Positions 11,901 through 26,705 of a DNA stretch of 64,000 nt are shown piece by piece; positions within the stretch are counted from its first letter, which is position 1; every line of letters starts with the position of its first letter. A model generated the notes under the pieces. It saw only the letters and a list, made by a program, of their open reading frames with translations. It did no database searches and was not told the DNA's origin. The translations under genes were made by a program, and so were the position numbers. Source of the stretch: Eledone cirrhosa (taxonomy: Eukaryota); assembly GCA_964016885.1 (NCBI GenBank), contig OZ024743.1, positions 292,268,001 to 292,332,000 of the forward strand, given 5' to 3'.

Positions 11901-14825
11901 GAAGCTAAACGCGTCCTTACCAACGTGCAAGGCCTACAGAGACCGGATTAGCGAACTAGTTAAGCGGGCGTTGACGGGGGCCATCGTCAACAACAAGTGG
12001 CGGTTTGCTCTGAAAAGAGCAATTAGAATAGAGTCCATTAGGTTTAGTAAGACTTTAGCAATAGAGAAAAATAGAGCAGAGGGAGAATTAGTTAGAAAAT
12101 TAGATGAGGCGCTTAGCAAAGCATCGCGACCGACGTACTTGCGGCGAAATTGGCCCTTGACCAATTCTTCAATGCAAAGCACGAAGTCTGCGTTGTCAGA
12201 CCTAGGGTGCGTGCTCTCAGACACGAGGGGACGAAAGCCGTTCAATGGGCCCTAGTGGCGGAGGCACGTCGTGGCAACAAAGCCACGATCTGGTCTTTGG
12301 TGGACCACGACGGGCGCATGCTACTCGATCCCGGGCAAATGTGTGAAGTTTTTCAGCGACACTTCGCTCAACTGTTCGGGGGCAGTGGCGGGCCGGATCG
12401 AGGGATGGACTTTAGTGTCTACCTCGACGGACTGCCGCGGCTTTCGGTCACTGAGGCGGAGTGTTGCGAAAAGCCGATAACAACCGCTGAAGTACGGGAT
12501 GCAATGACTAGTTGCACAAGGGGTAAATCGCCTGGTTTGGATGGTCTGCCCTATGAACTTTACGTACAAATGCCAAACTTGTTCCGAGGCCTCTTGGCGG
12601 ACGTCTACTGCGACTGGCAACAGAACGGGAGAATTCCCAGCTCTGTGAGCCGAGGAGCGGTGGCGCTGCTGAGAAAGGATCCGAACAAGGGGGATAACAT
12701 AGATAATTTTAGGCCCATAACTCTGCTAAACACTGAGTTCAAGATTTTGGCCAAGGTGCTAGCAAAGAGGTTGGCGCTTGTCGTTGGTGGTCTGGTGGGA
12801 GAGGCACAGACATGCGCCATTCCCGACAGATCCATCCACGACAACCTCCACCTCATGCGATACATCGTAGAGAGTGTAGCTAGGGAACCTGGCACGGGTG
12901 GGTCTTTGATCAATTTAGATCAGTCGAAAGCCTTCGATAGGGTCGACCATCGTTACCTAGCGGCAGTCCTGAGGGCGGCTGGCTTTGGGCCCGTCTTCAG
13001 AGGCTGGATCGCTGCCATGCACAGCGACATCTGCTCTGTAGTGAGAGTGAACGGTCACCTTTCGGAACCGTTCAACATCATGCGCTCGGTCCGCCAAGGA
13101 TGTCCCCTCTCGTCCCTATTGTACGTATTGACTCTCGAGCCATTACTGCACAAACTGGAGACGTTGAGGGGGGTCCCGCGCGAACTAGGATGCGGAAGAT
13201 CCGTGTCAGCATATGCCGACGATGTCACGGTAGTGGTGTCGAACGCCAAACACATCGAGGCGATCGGCACTACACTAAGAGAATACGAAGCGGTGACAGG
13301 AGCAATGATCAACCAGGAAAAGTCAGTGGGCCTGCAGCTCAGCACCTGGAGAGGCAGGTCCATGCCGTCCAACAGCGTCGTCGGGCGCTGGACAGACGGA
13401 CCGGTTAAATTGCTAGGGGTCTGGTTCGGTCCAGACCTCCAGACGGACAAAAACTGGGACGAGGTGACGAGCAGGGTGGCTTCTCTCACCCAGAAATGGG
13501 CCGAGAGGAAGCTATCCCTGAAAGGTCGAGCGGAGGTGGCGAATGCGTACATCGCATCCGTCATCTACTACCGCCTGACCGTCGTATCTTGTCCTAAGCC
13601 CCGCCTGACTGCGCTGGAGCGTTTGCTCTTTCGCTTCTTGTGGAAGGGACGCGCTCCGATGGTCAGGCGGTCCATCTGCTGTCAACACCCGCTACGTGGA
13701 GGGCTGGGCATGCCGTGGCTGATGATGCGCAGACACGCGCTCAGGATACGAAATCTCCACCTCTTCCTCGACGGTGATCAGGTGTGGTCGCCGTTTGCTA
13801 GACACGTTTTTCCCCAGCTCGTCTCCTTGACGGAGCTGCAGTCCTGGGTCAAGCGAAGACCGAGAGGGAGCTCTTGGAGACTGGAATGTCTTCAGGCGCT
13901 CACAGCCCTCGACCAATCGGGCAATGTGATCGGTGGAAACTCCACCTTGGCGTTCTATAGGGGATTAGTGGAGGGGAAGAGCGACGACGTACTTTGAGAA
14001 ACTCTAGGCGTCGACGAAAATCAACTAGCCAATCTCTTCGGAAGGACTTTCGGGCCGGGGCCTATGGACAACTTCCAGAAATCCCTGGCCTGGCAGTGCT
14101 ACCGAGGAGCTTTGCAAGTTCGGGATAAACTCTACAGGCATGGAGGTGCCGTCAGCCGGGCATGTCCGAGATGCGCGCAGGGCGACGAAACCGTCCTGCA
14201 CGCACTCGTCCAGTGTCCGAGCATTGCTGACTTGTCGGTTTATGTCGAACACCTGCTGTCACGTGTAGGACGGATCCAGCTATCAGCTGAGTCCATCGTG
14301 AGGATTGCCCCGCCCCCTTCCTTTAGCCGGGAAGGGCAGGCAGTTTTTATCTGTCTGGTGACCATGGCGAAAGAGATAGTATGGTGGACACGTTTGAAAG
14401 GGCTGAAGACGAGCACTTACCTCTTCGGTGATGCCCTGATTAACTTTTTCAAATTTCATTTGAAAAGGAAAATCAGGGTAGAGAGGGAAGTGCTCTCTTC
14501 CCGGCATTTTGTTGAAAGATGGGTGAGAGATGCAAGTATGGCCCGAATGAATGGTCCTTCTCTGAGCTTGTGTCTGTAAATTAAAGGTGGAAAACTGGAA
14601 GAGGGCACTTGCCCTGGTGGTCAGGGCCACTGTGGTCTTTTAATGGGCTTTCTCCACAAATGTCCATCGGAAGTCTCCCCCCTATTGGGGAATTTTTTTC
14701 TTGGTTATTTTATATCAACCACTGTTTTTTTTACACGCAGAAATGCCCATTTGTACCGTCCTGTATTGTCCTGTACTGTCCTTAATGTCTACTTTATGTA
14801 AACCCTTGTGGTTAATAAAGAAAAC
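8928..14825 (+). mobile_element. Tx1-like (L1-related, APE) retrotransposon family T1, full-length disrupted copy (T1a)
   Basis: ORF1 has the knuckle CVVCGEGTHLRSFC. ORF2 has APE, RT (RQGCPLS, AYADD) and a C-terminal CPRC..ETVLHALVQC, with several frameshifts and stops. Flanked by TTA on both sides. Confidence 0.9.
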
Positions 14826-15182
<357 letters not shown>

Positions 15183-15191
15183 TTATTATTA

Positions 15192-15225
<34 letters not shown>

Positions 15226-15226
<1 letters not shown>

Positions 15227-15416
15227 AAGGCCGTGGATTGGAAGTATCGATAGAGGGCCGGACGCGTTGCTCTGACGCAAAGAGTTACGGCCCTTTCCAT
15301 TCTGAGTTCAAATCCCTCCGAGGTTAACTTTGCCTTTCATCCTTACGGGGTCAATTAAATAAAGTACCAGTAATACACTGGGTAATTGCTGGCCTTGTGC
15401 CAAAAGTAGAAACAAT
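15226..15416 (+). mobile_element. Full-length tRNA-derived SINE with (TTA)n tail
   Basis: B-box GAGTTCAAATCC, core and tail as in the other copies. Resembles octopus SINEs (recalled, not searched). Confidence 0.8.
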
Positions 15417-15431
15417 TATTATTATTATTAT

Positions 15432-17467
15432 TCTTTGAGTCTCAGTCATTGATGTTAGTTAACTGGAAAGTTTGTTGAAATGAATATCAAGCCTCTACCT
15501 GCAGCCTCAGATATTCAGGACATATCGGAGGGTTCTTGCTGTTCCCAGCAAGCATGCCTTTTGAAGCGTTCCAAAAAGCGTGGTGGGGCCAATTTTCTTT
15601 AACCATCCCTGGAACCTTTTTGAGATAGTATCTAGTGCGCCTATGACAATCGGGACCACTTTGACTTCATGGCAGTTCCAAATCATTTTTACCTCCCACT
15701 TTAAGTCCTGGTATCGGTTAATTTTCTCCCTCTCCTTCTCTTGCACTCTCGTGTCGAATGGGCAGGCCACATCCACAATCAGGCACGATCTTTTTTCCTT
15801 GTCCAAAACCACCATGTCAGGTCAATTGTGTTCCAGTTTCTTGTCCGTCTGTATCCTAAAATCCCATAGAACCTTCACCTGATCGTTTTCTATCACCGAC
15901 TCTGGCTTATGCTCATATCACTTCTCAGAATGTGGTAAATTGTTTACTTTGCATAGGTACCAGTGGATCAACCTGCCCATCACATCATGTCTCCAGCCTT
16001 TATAGTCTGGGCTAGGTGTTTACACTCGGATACAATGTGGGCCACAGTCTCCTCTCTCTCTCCACAGATCATGCACAGTGGGCTAGCCTCCTCCTTGTAA
16101 ATATGGTGCTTCAACCACTTCGTTTTGAGGGCCTGCTATTGCGCAGCCATTAACATTCCTTCTGTAGCATTTTTAAGGTCTCCTCTTTTCAACCAGTTCC
16201 ATGTCTGTGGATCTCTGAATTCAGTTTTCTCAAAGAAGGTACTATGAAGGGATTTTTCATGAAGGCTGCTCTTTCTCCTTGTTGTTATTTCCTCCTTGGA
16301 CATCCCCTCGTCTATTGTCCTCTCATTCAGTACAATTCTGAGCATTGGCTCCTTACTATCAGTCACGTATTTGTGTAGGTTGTTTTTCTCCATCTGAACA
16401 CAGTCCTCTATGCTGATAAGACCTCTTCCACCTTCAGATCTCCTTAAGTAGAATCTATCGACATCACTCCTCTTGTGGAACATGTTATAGATAGTCAATA
16501 GCATCCTAGTCTTCCTATCCATTTCTTTTTGTTCAGCAACATTCCATCTCAGAATTCCCGCACTGTACCTAATAATAGACACAGCTCGGGAATTTACTGC
16601 ACTTATGGCATTCCTACTCTTCAGATGTGACTTTAATACGCTCCTTACTCTCCGAATGTATTCAGATCTTTTCAATTACTTCATTTGTTTTTGTTCTTGA
16701 TGTCATCGGCCTCCAGAACACCCAAATACTTGTATCCTTCTTCAGTGTCAATTTCCTTTATCATCTCACCTGTTGGTACCTGGAATCCGTTGCTCTGCTC
16801 AATTTACCCCTCTTCATCACAAGGACTCCACACTTACTAAAACCAAATTGCATACATATATCATTGCTGAAAATACGGACAGTGTCAACAAGCACATCCA
16901 ACTCCTTCTCACTCTTCCCGAAGAGCTTAAGATCGTCCATGAAGAGGAGGTGATTGATGGTAAGCTCTCCCTTTCCCAACTTGTATCCTGCTCTCACTTT
17001 TCGCAGTATAATGGTCAGGGGTATCAGGGCAAGGACAAACAACAGAGTGGACAGACTATCTCCCTGGAAGATACCTCTCTTGATCTTCACGCCTCCCAAG
17101 GATTCTCCAGCTGATGTTAAGTCTGTTTTCCCGGACTTCATACTTTTGCCCAACAACTGTCTGATGTTAGCTGCCACCTTGAAGATAGCTAGGCTTTTGG
17201 TGATCCAAGAATGCCAAACACCTTTTTGTAGTGTATCCATCCCATGGCAAGACCAGTGTGTCTCCTCTTGCAAATGCCTCATTACCATCTTATCAATAAG
17301 TAACTGGTCCTTTGTACCACGGGTCTTCTTTTGGCATCCTTTCTGTTCGTACGGTAACAAGTTGTTTGTGTGGAGGTGATGGTAGATTTCCTCAGACATA
17401 ATGCTTGTCAACAGTTTCCACTTTACGGACAGACATGTAATAGATCTATAGTTGGTAACATCATTAC
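15432..17467 (-). mobile_element. R4/Dong family B, 5'-truncated disrupted copy (B3)
   Basis: RT and RLE ORF fragments homologous to B4. The 3' end sits in the SINE TTA tail. Confidence 0.9.
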
Positions 17468-17595
17468 GTAGTGGGCAAATAACTAATAAAACAAATAAAC
17501 AAATAATAAATAATAACGATTATTTTTACTGGCCTTGTCCCGAAATTATAAATCATGTTTTTGTCTTGTTGTATGTGGTAGTGTTTCTTTCATTA

Positions 17596-17680
<85 letters not shown>
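17596..17680. repeat. (TAG)n microsatellite
   Basis: Seen directly. Confidence 0.95.
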
Positions 17681-18140
17681 TATTCTAACCATCATGGTAC
17701 TCATCATGAGTATCAAGATTTCAAAGATTTCATTATTGTTGCCGATATTGTTTCCCGTCGTTCGATATTCATCTTATAGCATATATATGAATTGCACAGC
17801 ATTGTTACTCTTCTCGTCACAGATCTGGCGTCTACTTACTAATTATATTGCGATCAAAGGATAACAATAGCTTCATTTGAGATACAGATATATAATAAGT
17901 GAGATCATTAATTTCATCCTTAGGTCTAATACCCCTTAGGTTTCTTTTCGTTTCTTTGTATCTCCTTTTACTTCCTTAAGAATGCAGAGTTGTTTATACT
18001 TGTGAAAAAGAGCGTATCAATCTATTTCTCTCTATCTCCCTCTCTTTCCTTTTCTTTTCTTCCAACGCTTCTTTTACTCTTTCTATCTGTGTATATATAA
18101 TATAGTAAATTGCAGACAGCGTACTTTTCTCCTTACACAC

Positions 18141-18232
<92 letters not shown>

Positions 18233-18293
18233 CGAGAGAGCGAGAGGGAGAGAGAGAGATTGACCTAAGTAGTTATGTATCTCTCACTATTTA

Positions 18294-18339
<46 letters not shown>

Positions 18340-18343
<4 letters not shown>

Positions 18344-20840
18344 ATATTAACAAATGGTAACTATATTTACGCAAACTATGGTGCGCTTTCATCAGATAAA
18401 ATATAATATAGGTTAGTTTTATAAATAAATATTGACATACCCTGAAAAAATGCAACCATTCTGGTTGGAATCTCCTGGATAGTGGAGTTATTAGATTTAT
18501 TGTTGGTTTATTATGCAAATTAGTGTCGGAAAGGTTTAAATAACAGTATATTTAAATTAAGCCGTTGGAATAGGGAAAAAACAAAGAAAGAGAAAAAAAC
18601 GAAAGAAAGAAAGTGAAAAACCTGAGTATATTTAAGTGAGAGAGAATATTAGTTATAAGGATAGTAATAGCGTAATTTTGAGAGAAGAGGCGAAGAAATG
18701 AATATAGCGTGGATGAATACCGTAGCGTGGATAAACAATAAATAATAAAGCGTGGATAAATAATAATATCCGGATTCATTATAATGATAAGTTGAAGAAT
18801 TTTATCTAATGTTTAATTAATAAATTTGATTAAATGTTTAATAAATAATTTATCAATTCAATCCGTAGTTTAAATGTGTATGTTAGATTGTTAAAATTGA
18901 GACATATATATTATTAAAGAATATATATTATTAAAATATATATTATTAGAAAATATGTTATTATTACAAAACCATATATAATTGTATTAATTATTAATTA
19001 ATTATTTAAAATTTGTTTAAGTTTAAAATATCCGAATATTTCTAAGCCCATGGAAATTCCGAGAGTTTACAGAAGAATAATCCCTTATTTGTAATAGCAG
19101 TAGAGCGTAAAGGAAATTTCTAGAGATTTACTAATAATTTAGATAGCTCTAAGGATTAAATGCTATAAAGTTAAGATTGTTAAAATAATTAAATTTTCCA
19201 TCTTAATAATGTAATTAGAGTATGAATCTTATGTTATTTTAAAGCAAGTTATAATTTTATAAATCTACCTGTTATACAGTTATGACTGTTAAAACATAAA
19301 TTTGTTTGCTACAACGTCTTAACATTTAAAATGTGTTCATGGAATATATCTAAAGCATAAACCATAAAAACTCTTTCATAGGAGTATATCTATAGAATAT
19401 ATTTAAAGTATAAATTTTATATATATATAAATATTTTGATATATATATATTAAGCATTTGAAAAATATATAAATATATAAATATAAAATATACAATATAA
19501 AATATGAATTATAATTTTAAAAAATGAATTATAATTTAAAAAAAAATAAGAATATAGAAAATAAAATACACAGTATAAAATATGAATTATGAATTATAAT
19601 TTTCTTCTACCCATCAGAGGAATTTTCAAAAAAATCCTTCTTCAAATCTTTCAGTACGTTTATCAAGAAAAGTTTTTCAAGAAAAAATGTTTTTTCAAGA
19701 AAAACTTTCTTTTAAGAGAGTTATTATCAGTCATATGAAGGAATCTAATGCATTATCGATAGGTTTAATAAAGATGAGTTATGTATTACATTATATATAT
19801 ATATTTAAACGTTGAGTTCAATCTATGTTTGCAAGAACTGAAAAGATTATTCCTTAAATTAACAGAATTCTTACTTTTTAATATAAAGAATATTTCCTCT
19901 ATACAAAGAGCACAATTTTCAGAAGAAGCATTGAATGGAGGAGCTTTGGAGATTCCAAAGTAAAGAATAGTTAGTGTTGTTTGATTTTAGGTCCCATAGT
20001 AAATTAAATAGAGAAGTTGAAGATGTTTTATTTATATTCGTAAAAGAGCATTTATAGTTATTAAAACGGGACTTAAAATCTGTGAAGGTAGAGCCTACGT
20101 AATTAAATGAATTTAAATTAGTTGTTACATTACAATTATATACTATATTTTTTACTAAACAATTGTTATTTAACGGACAGTTAGATTTATTTCTACAGTT
20201 ATATTTATCAAAATTTAAGTTTCTAGGAGCCGTATTATTCAGTTGGATGTTGCAGGGGTTATTAATGGTATTCTGGTTAGGTTTTAAGTTTCTATTATTA
20301 ATTCTATTAATATTATGCGCTAAATTAGTGGTGGTTGAATACTTTAATTTTATAGTATGTCTATTAAATATTGAGTAATACCTATGTGTTCTAGGGAAGC
20401 ATTCATCTAGAGCTTTAAAGACTAATTTAGCAATAGGAGTTTTAATACTTAATGAGAAAAGAGGAGGGAACAATGATATATTCCTAGTCCTATTTCTTTT
20501 TTTGTTTTTCGAATTATTGTAAGGTTTTCTATTATAGTTGTTAAAATTATGGTTTTTTGTCATATCATTATTATCAATGTATTTAATTTTATTACTATAT
20601 CCAGCTCTACCTAAGGCTTCGTTATAATATAGCACTTTATCTTCAAAAATATTCTTATTAGCTGAAAATGCCTTGGTGGCCCTTGAATCATGTATAATGA
20701 AATAAATAAGGTTTTATAAATATAGTTTCCATTTGTTAATATATTGTATATTTACTCCAATAATTTGTTGAGTGCTTTATATCAGTTATAACATATTTTG
20801 CTTGTTGAATCCCAACAAATTTTATATAACCTCTACATAT
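18340..20840 (-). mobile_element. Penelope-like element remnant: GIY-YIG region, 3' pseudo-LTR and inverted pLTR fragment
   Basis: GIY-YIG ORF at 19919-20635. 18340-18860 is the reverse complement of about 60170-60690. 20673-20840 is an oppositely oriented pLTR piece. (TA)n flanks on both sides. Confidence 0.75.
19780..20635 (-). pseudogene. Penelope-type linker plus GIY-YIG endonuclease fragment
   Basis: NCRNKSNCPLNNNCLVKNIVYNC...YVGSTFTDFKSRF, then CALC after a frameshift. Confidence 0.8.
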
Positions 20841-20852
20841 ATATATATATAT

Positions 20853-21247
20853 ATAATCTGAGTTTTTCGAATATTAATAACATTAGATTTGTTTGCAATT
20901 ATGAAAACAACCCTCATTTTAAAAGCCATATCAGTAGAATGAACCCTTCATTCTTGTTCTTGTGTTGACATCCAGTCTGCTAATATGCAAATCAGGTTGA
21001 TCAGTCACTGTATATGTTAGAAAATAGCATATATTTTCAGTAGCTCTAAAAGTTGGCAGGTGAACAGTGAGATGTACTGATGAAGGGTGATGCCCAGAAA
21101 CATTAGTGTCTGAAGTTCTGTTTACATGCCAAGACAAGAGCAAGAATGAAGGGTTCATTCTACTGACATGGCTTTAAAAATGAGGCATGTTTGCATAATT
21201 GCAAACGAATCGAATATTATTATTAATATTCTAAGAACACAGATTAC
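20853..21247 (+). mobile_element. Fold-back element: ~118-bp imperfect inverted arms around a hammerhead-like core
   Basis: 20853-20970 is the imperfect reverse complement of 21126-21247. CTGATGA lies at 21077 and GAAAC..GTC at 21097-21110. Confidence 0.7.
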
Positions 21248-21274
21248 ATTTATTGTATTCAGCCACGTAGAGCG

Positions 21275-21320
<46 letters not shown>

Positions 21321-21324
<4 letters not shown>

Positions 21325-21438
21325 AAAAGTATGACCCCGACGGCAGAGCTCAAGCCGTTTCGACGGCTAATTCTGGACTAATTCCAGAATTAGCCGTCGA
21401 AACGGCTTGAGCTCTACCGTCGGTGTCCTATTCGTTCC

Positions 21439-21514
<76 letters not shown>

Positions 21515-21579
21515 GTTACGTTATTCGGGGTGGAATCGGAGGTAACCACAGTAAGTTAGGTACTCAATACATAGCAGAG

Positions 21580-21621
<42 letters not shown>

Positions 21622-21760
21622 CTGAAATAGCCGTCGAAACGGCCTGAGCTCTGCCGTCGCAGTTTAACATTTTCCTATTACCCACTTTACTACCCTAGGT
21701 ATTGAGTATTCTGGTGCGTTATGGTCCATCTGGTTCCTTACCACACCTCCTTCGTTATAT
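21321..21760. repeat. PLE-derived palindromic repeat fragments carrying a hammerhead 3' half
   Basis: 41-bp inverted arms at 21337-21423. GAAACGGC-ttgagctct-GCCGTC recurs at 21636, and a related copy lies at 27650-27825. Confidence 0.6.
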
Positions 21761-23035
21761 ATATATATATGTATATAAATAATGTCTTGTCCTCTCTGTT
21801 AATTTTCCTAAGTTTATCCTTTATCTGTGACGAACCTGCTATCTCTTCTCCCCCTTAATTTAAATTGCTTACTTTATTCTTCTGGCTTTTTCCTCCTTTT
21901 TCTTCCTTTTTTCCCTCTCTTTCATTTCCGAGATAATTCGTGTTATACGTAGCACCACACATGTCCATGGCGTCACACAAATTCTGTCTGTTTTTGTTAT
22001 AATGAAATTGCAATAAATTAATGTTTTGTCCTTCGTCTCTAACTCCTCTGGACAGCATTTGGCTTGTGTCAGACGTTGAAACCCCGGGTGTACTAGAAGA
22101 ACCGTTGGTAGGGGTCGAACCTGCCAAAGACCACCTCAACGGCCGTTGACCATGGATTTCTGTTACTTTCGTTTACATTTTTATTTTCTTAATAAACAAG
22201 TTTTAAGGTCCCCCTTCAAAAACTGTTTTTCGTTTTCCCTTGTTTACGTTTGTTGTATTCTATCTATTAATTTTCCTAAGTTTATATATATAACAGCTTT
22301 TCAAACATGTTTTCAAAGTTACATTTGTGATGTGCTGGTTTTGTGCATTTCCTAATGACACGTTTTTAAATACGTGCAAATCATTCCGAATTTCTTTCAT
22401 GAAAATCTAATCTTTACGTTGACTTCAATTGTCAGTGTCTTAAATGTATATGAATTGTCAATAGGCACACAACTACACACACACACAAACGCTCGTGCGG
22501 ACGTATAAATATACATGTATTAATCTTTAATAAGAAAACATAAATCACGTGACGACCATTTTATGCTAATTTTGACAGAGAAATGATAATTTCATACATA
22601 TCTCTCTACCAATCTTTCTCACATTGTTATGACAAGATGTTCAATGATCAGGCAGCAGCTATCTATATCTACCTACCTCTTTCTAACGTCGTACAATGAA
22701 TGTATTTAACGTCAGCAGCCCGTCTGAGGAAGCAGCCTCGCGAGGTTGGGTGGCTGTTGCAGCGGGTGATGCTAGACATTGCCCACGGGGCGCAGCCACA
22801 ACACCGCCGTGCACTAAGCCTAGAGCACATCAGTCTCCACTTGCCTCTCCCCATTCTTCTGTGACACCAGAGTCCTTGCTTTTTCATAACAATAAAAGAC
22901 ACTTGAATATTCAATGTAACACCACTTTGTGCAGTGAGTACTGATTTATTTGTTCAACGTTTACATCTGTTTTCCCAGATCTATAAATACATCTATCTGC
23001 CTACATACCTACCTATATATATATCTATCTTTCTT

Positions 23036-23051
23036 GTAGTAGTAGTAGTAA

Positions 23052-23118
<67 letters not shown>
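23036..23118. repeat. (TAG)n microsatellite
   Basis: Seen directly. Confidence 0.95.
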
Positions 23119-23507
23119 CGAGTGGGGAGTCGAAACAAATGTGATTCTATTGGGACGTGACGTGCAGCGACTGGTATATCAAACCAACCTTGTTGCTTCG
23201 GCCACAAACCCGAGAACCACTGCCCGCAATGCGGAAGAGATAGACAAATACTGAGGTCTGACAGAGCGCCCTATTGTCCACGAGGCACAGCTGAGTTACT
23301 GATCAAACTGGGGTGTAGTGAATGTCCCTCGATACTCCCTTCCTTTCATTGCTTGGTCTTTTTTTTTCCTTTTTTTTTCATATCTTTTTTCTTTCTTTCT
23401 TTTTTGTTCCCTTTAATAGCGTGTTTTATTAGATTCTGCTCAATAGTCTTTATATGATGTCAATGGTGTTTCATGACAGTATGAATTGTATTTCATTCTT
23501 CACACTA

Positions 23508-23681
<174 letters not shown>

Positions 23682-24669
23682 CGGGGATTTAATTCCTAGG
23701 CACATGACTACTCACTGTACTGAAACACGAATAATGTTATCAATGTTTACTTTATTGATTGGATGCTTTGAGACCACAACTAAGATAAAGAGGATGAAAT
23801 CGATGTAAAGAACTGTTGGTGATAAATGGGAAATTATTTCTAGCTTTTGTTTTAAAAACAATATTGAGATTTATAGCACCAAATTTATTTCAGAGCTAGT
23901 CCAGACTTAATTCTTTCTATAGAATTTATTAATTCACATATTCAATGAAAGTTTACGTAATTTTCCTCTCCATGTTACTCATGTCTGCATTTTAATTCTG
24001 TCTGCAGTGAATATTTGATTTGCTCGTTGACCCAGTATTTTAGCTTTAATATCCAACGATGCTATTGTTTACCAATGCATGAAATGCAAACAGTGAAAGC
24101 TAGACGGGAGCAAAAATTGATGTCAATGGAACGGTATAACTTTGCATTGTTAAGAGCTAACGACGAATACTGCTTGTAATCGCTTGGTCTATTAAAAAAA
24201 AATCTCAATCTCCCTCAAATCACAACCTCATATCTTACAAAGTAGCACGTTACGAATGCATAAAATGCAAACAAATCGCTAAAATGCCTTGCAACATCGA
24301 CTGCAAGCTTAGAGTATAAAATTAAGTCTCCAAAGCGGTATAATTTCGGAAGCCACGTGAGGAATATTGAATGTAATAGTTCGGTCTATTAATAATAGCA
24401 GCCCAATCTCCCTCTAATCGAGCTACCCTTTCTTACATAGTGGCACATTGAATAGTTATCTGGTTTACATAATGTCTTAAAATGGTTAGGTTCTAGTCTG
24501 ATTGATTGTGCAACACAACACAGCATCAACAGAAACAGTAATAACGTTACATCAGAGCTGTTCAAATTTTAAAATCTTTTTTGAGATTGGAGGATCATCA
24601 GGTCGGATCTTATCCAGGTGGAGTTTGGTGACAGGGTGTATAAAAATTCCTCCTGGGGAGTTGTTGATT

Positions 24670-24800
24670 ATACGTAGTTTCAGCTGCAATAAATGAAGCA
24701 ATTTCAATTGAAATGCTTTCCTGAAAGACACGATACACTGCCAGGGATGAGGATTAAAAACACGATCGTAAATAGAACATACTAAACATTTACCCACATG
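24670..24800 (-). mobile_element. Highly degenerate SINE head/core
   Basis: Weak similarity to the SINE at 63719 (gtgtc...atttca...cagctg). Confidence 0.3.
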
Positions 24801-26653
24801 CATTTATTAGTATGGTATGAATATAACTGCTTTATAGCTTTATATTTCAAATCTAAATGAAAACAACTACATAAGTATTAAGAATCGGGTTCTTTCTCTA
24901 ACCAGTCTAAGTATTTCACTGATCACAAAGCGTTTTCAAAAGTTTTCCACACCACTTCTCTTTCTCTGAACGATTGACAGACCTTCGTTCCATTTAGCTC
25001 AGTATTATCTTCAAATATATGTCTTCGTCTCTGGTTTCTTTAACTTCGAGTGATGTCTCAAGGATTTAGTCATTGTACATAGATTTATGATTTTAGGAAA
25101 TGTATTCTAGATGAATGGTAGAAGATCCTGGACAACAAAGTACTGACAACACAAGTGGAATGATTTCAAACGTCAGAGTTCATTGAAATCTTAAGATCTT
25201 TTCTCGCATCTTGTAAATTAATAGAATTTTGTAAGCATTTGAGTAACATAAAAGCAAAGCAATAATTACCGACGTAAAACCTGAGGTAGGTTAGTATAAA
25301 ATCGAGACTAAAAGTGTTCGCTCTCAGTTGATAGCAATATATAACATTCTAAGCTTTCTTTTTTAATTAATTCTAAAATCAAATTCGGAAGGTGAAAAGT
25401 TTAATCTTTACTACCTCACTGCACATCCATAACGATATACTGAATATTGAGAAATGAATTTTGGTCAGATTGATCTATGGTGGACACGTTTATTTGCTTT
25501 AACATGGAAGGTGTGGTGGAGGGAGCAGTGTCCATGTCCTGCACAGGAACTTTGAGAGACGAGGAATCGATGCCGTTGATATTGTTTAAAATGTGAAGGC
25601 CCACTTCTTTTGAAAAGGCATGCGCAGAGACGGAGAGAAGAATTTTAACAAAATGAAACGTGTATAATGAAATAGTATTTAAGGCCAGGTTAATGACTTT
25701 GCGTTTTTAAATGAATCACCTTGAGTAACATAACTGATTATTAGATAGTAACAAACATAAAGTTTTCAGTTATCAACCAGTACTGAAATTCCATTTCTCT
25801 TTGGAGGCGGGAGAGTGAATTCTGTCAATTCAATGGAAAAAATAGAATGTTTCCAAATTAGAATATTAGGTCCAATATTTGTCGGGTCCAATATTTTTCC
25901 CTAAATCACTATTGTCGTAATTGAATAAATTGTCTTCAAATGAATATTCAAATATATATTGCAGACATGGCTCACCTTGACTCTTCAACAACGTCCCTTA
26001 AACTAGGGCTCTGCCAAATTAATGCTGAGTGTCCTGTTGCTAAGTATTTCGTCATGCCAAGCTATTATATGTACATTTTTCTCTTAGTATAATCCGTTCT
26101 CTAAATCGAATGATATACTCTCTCTATAACAATCTCTGATAGTAGAGTAATTGCCTGGAGAACGAGGTGCAATTGAGAATCCCTGATCCACATGTTGCTA
26201 CAAGTCACCTGCCACTAAATAAATCCCAAAAGTCATTGTTTTTCTGGTTTCTTCGTTGAGCTAATTATGGTTGATTTGGTGTTCATGATAAGTAAGATGA
26301 CAAGATTCTTCCTGGAAGAATAACTGATCTACACAAGATGTATTCATGTTAGGCTTTTAACTATTTCAAGCAAACCAAATCTAGTGTAAAATATATAATG
26401 ATCCTGCAGCTTAGTGCTGCTAATTTTACCGATAAATAGAGAATTGTTCTGATCAATGCATTTAAGTGCATTGTGCCATATACATAATTATGTGAATTAG
26501 TCGTAGAAACAGCACATCACCAGGGAAAATATATGAACCGTGAATACTCTCGTCCGCACTTTGACGCCCCTTTTATCGCAGCAAAGTGCCGATTTGATAT
26601 CAATGATGTATATATATTTGTGTGTGTGTGTGTGTGTCTGTGTGTGTCTGTGT

Positions 26654-26705
<52 letters not shown>

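Noticed and set aside
22669-22944. GC-richer segment with short ORFs
   Set aside because: No recognisable protein. It may be a decayed LINE end, but this cannot be supported.
25410-25650. Possible host exon on the minus strand
   Set aside because: A pyrimidine tract is present, but the ORF ends in a stop before the weak donor and no domain is recognisable.
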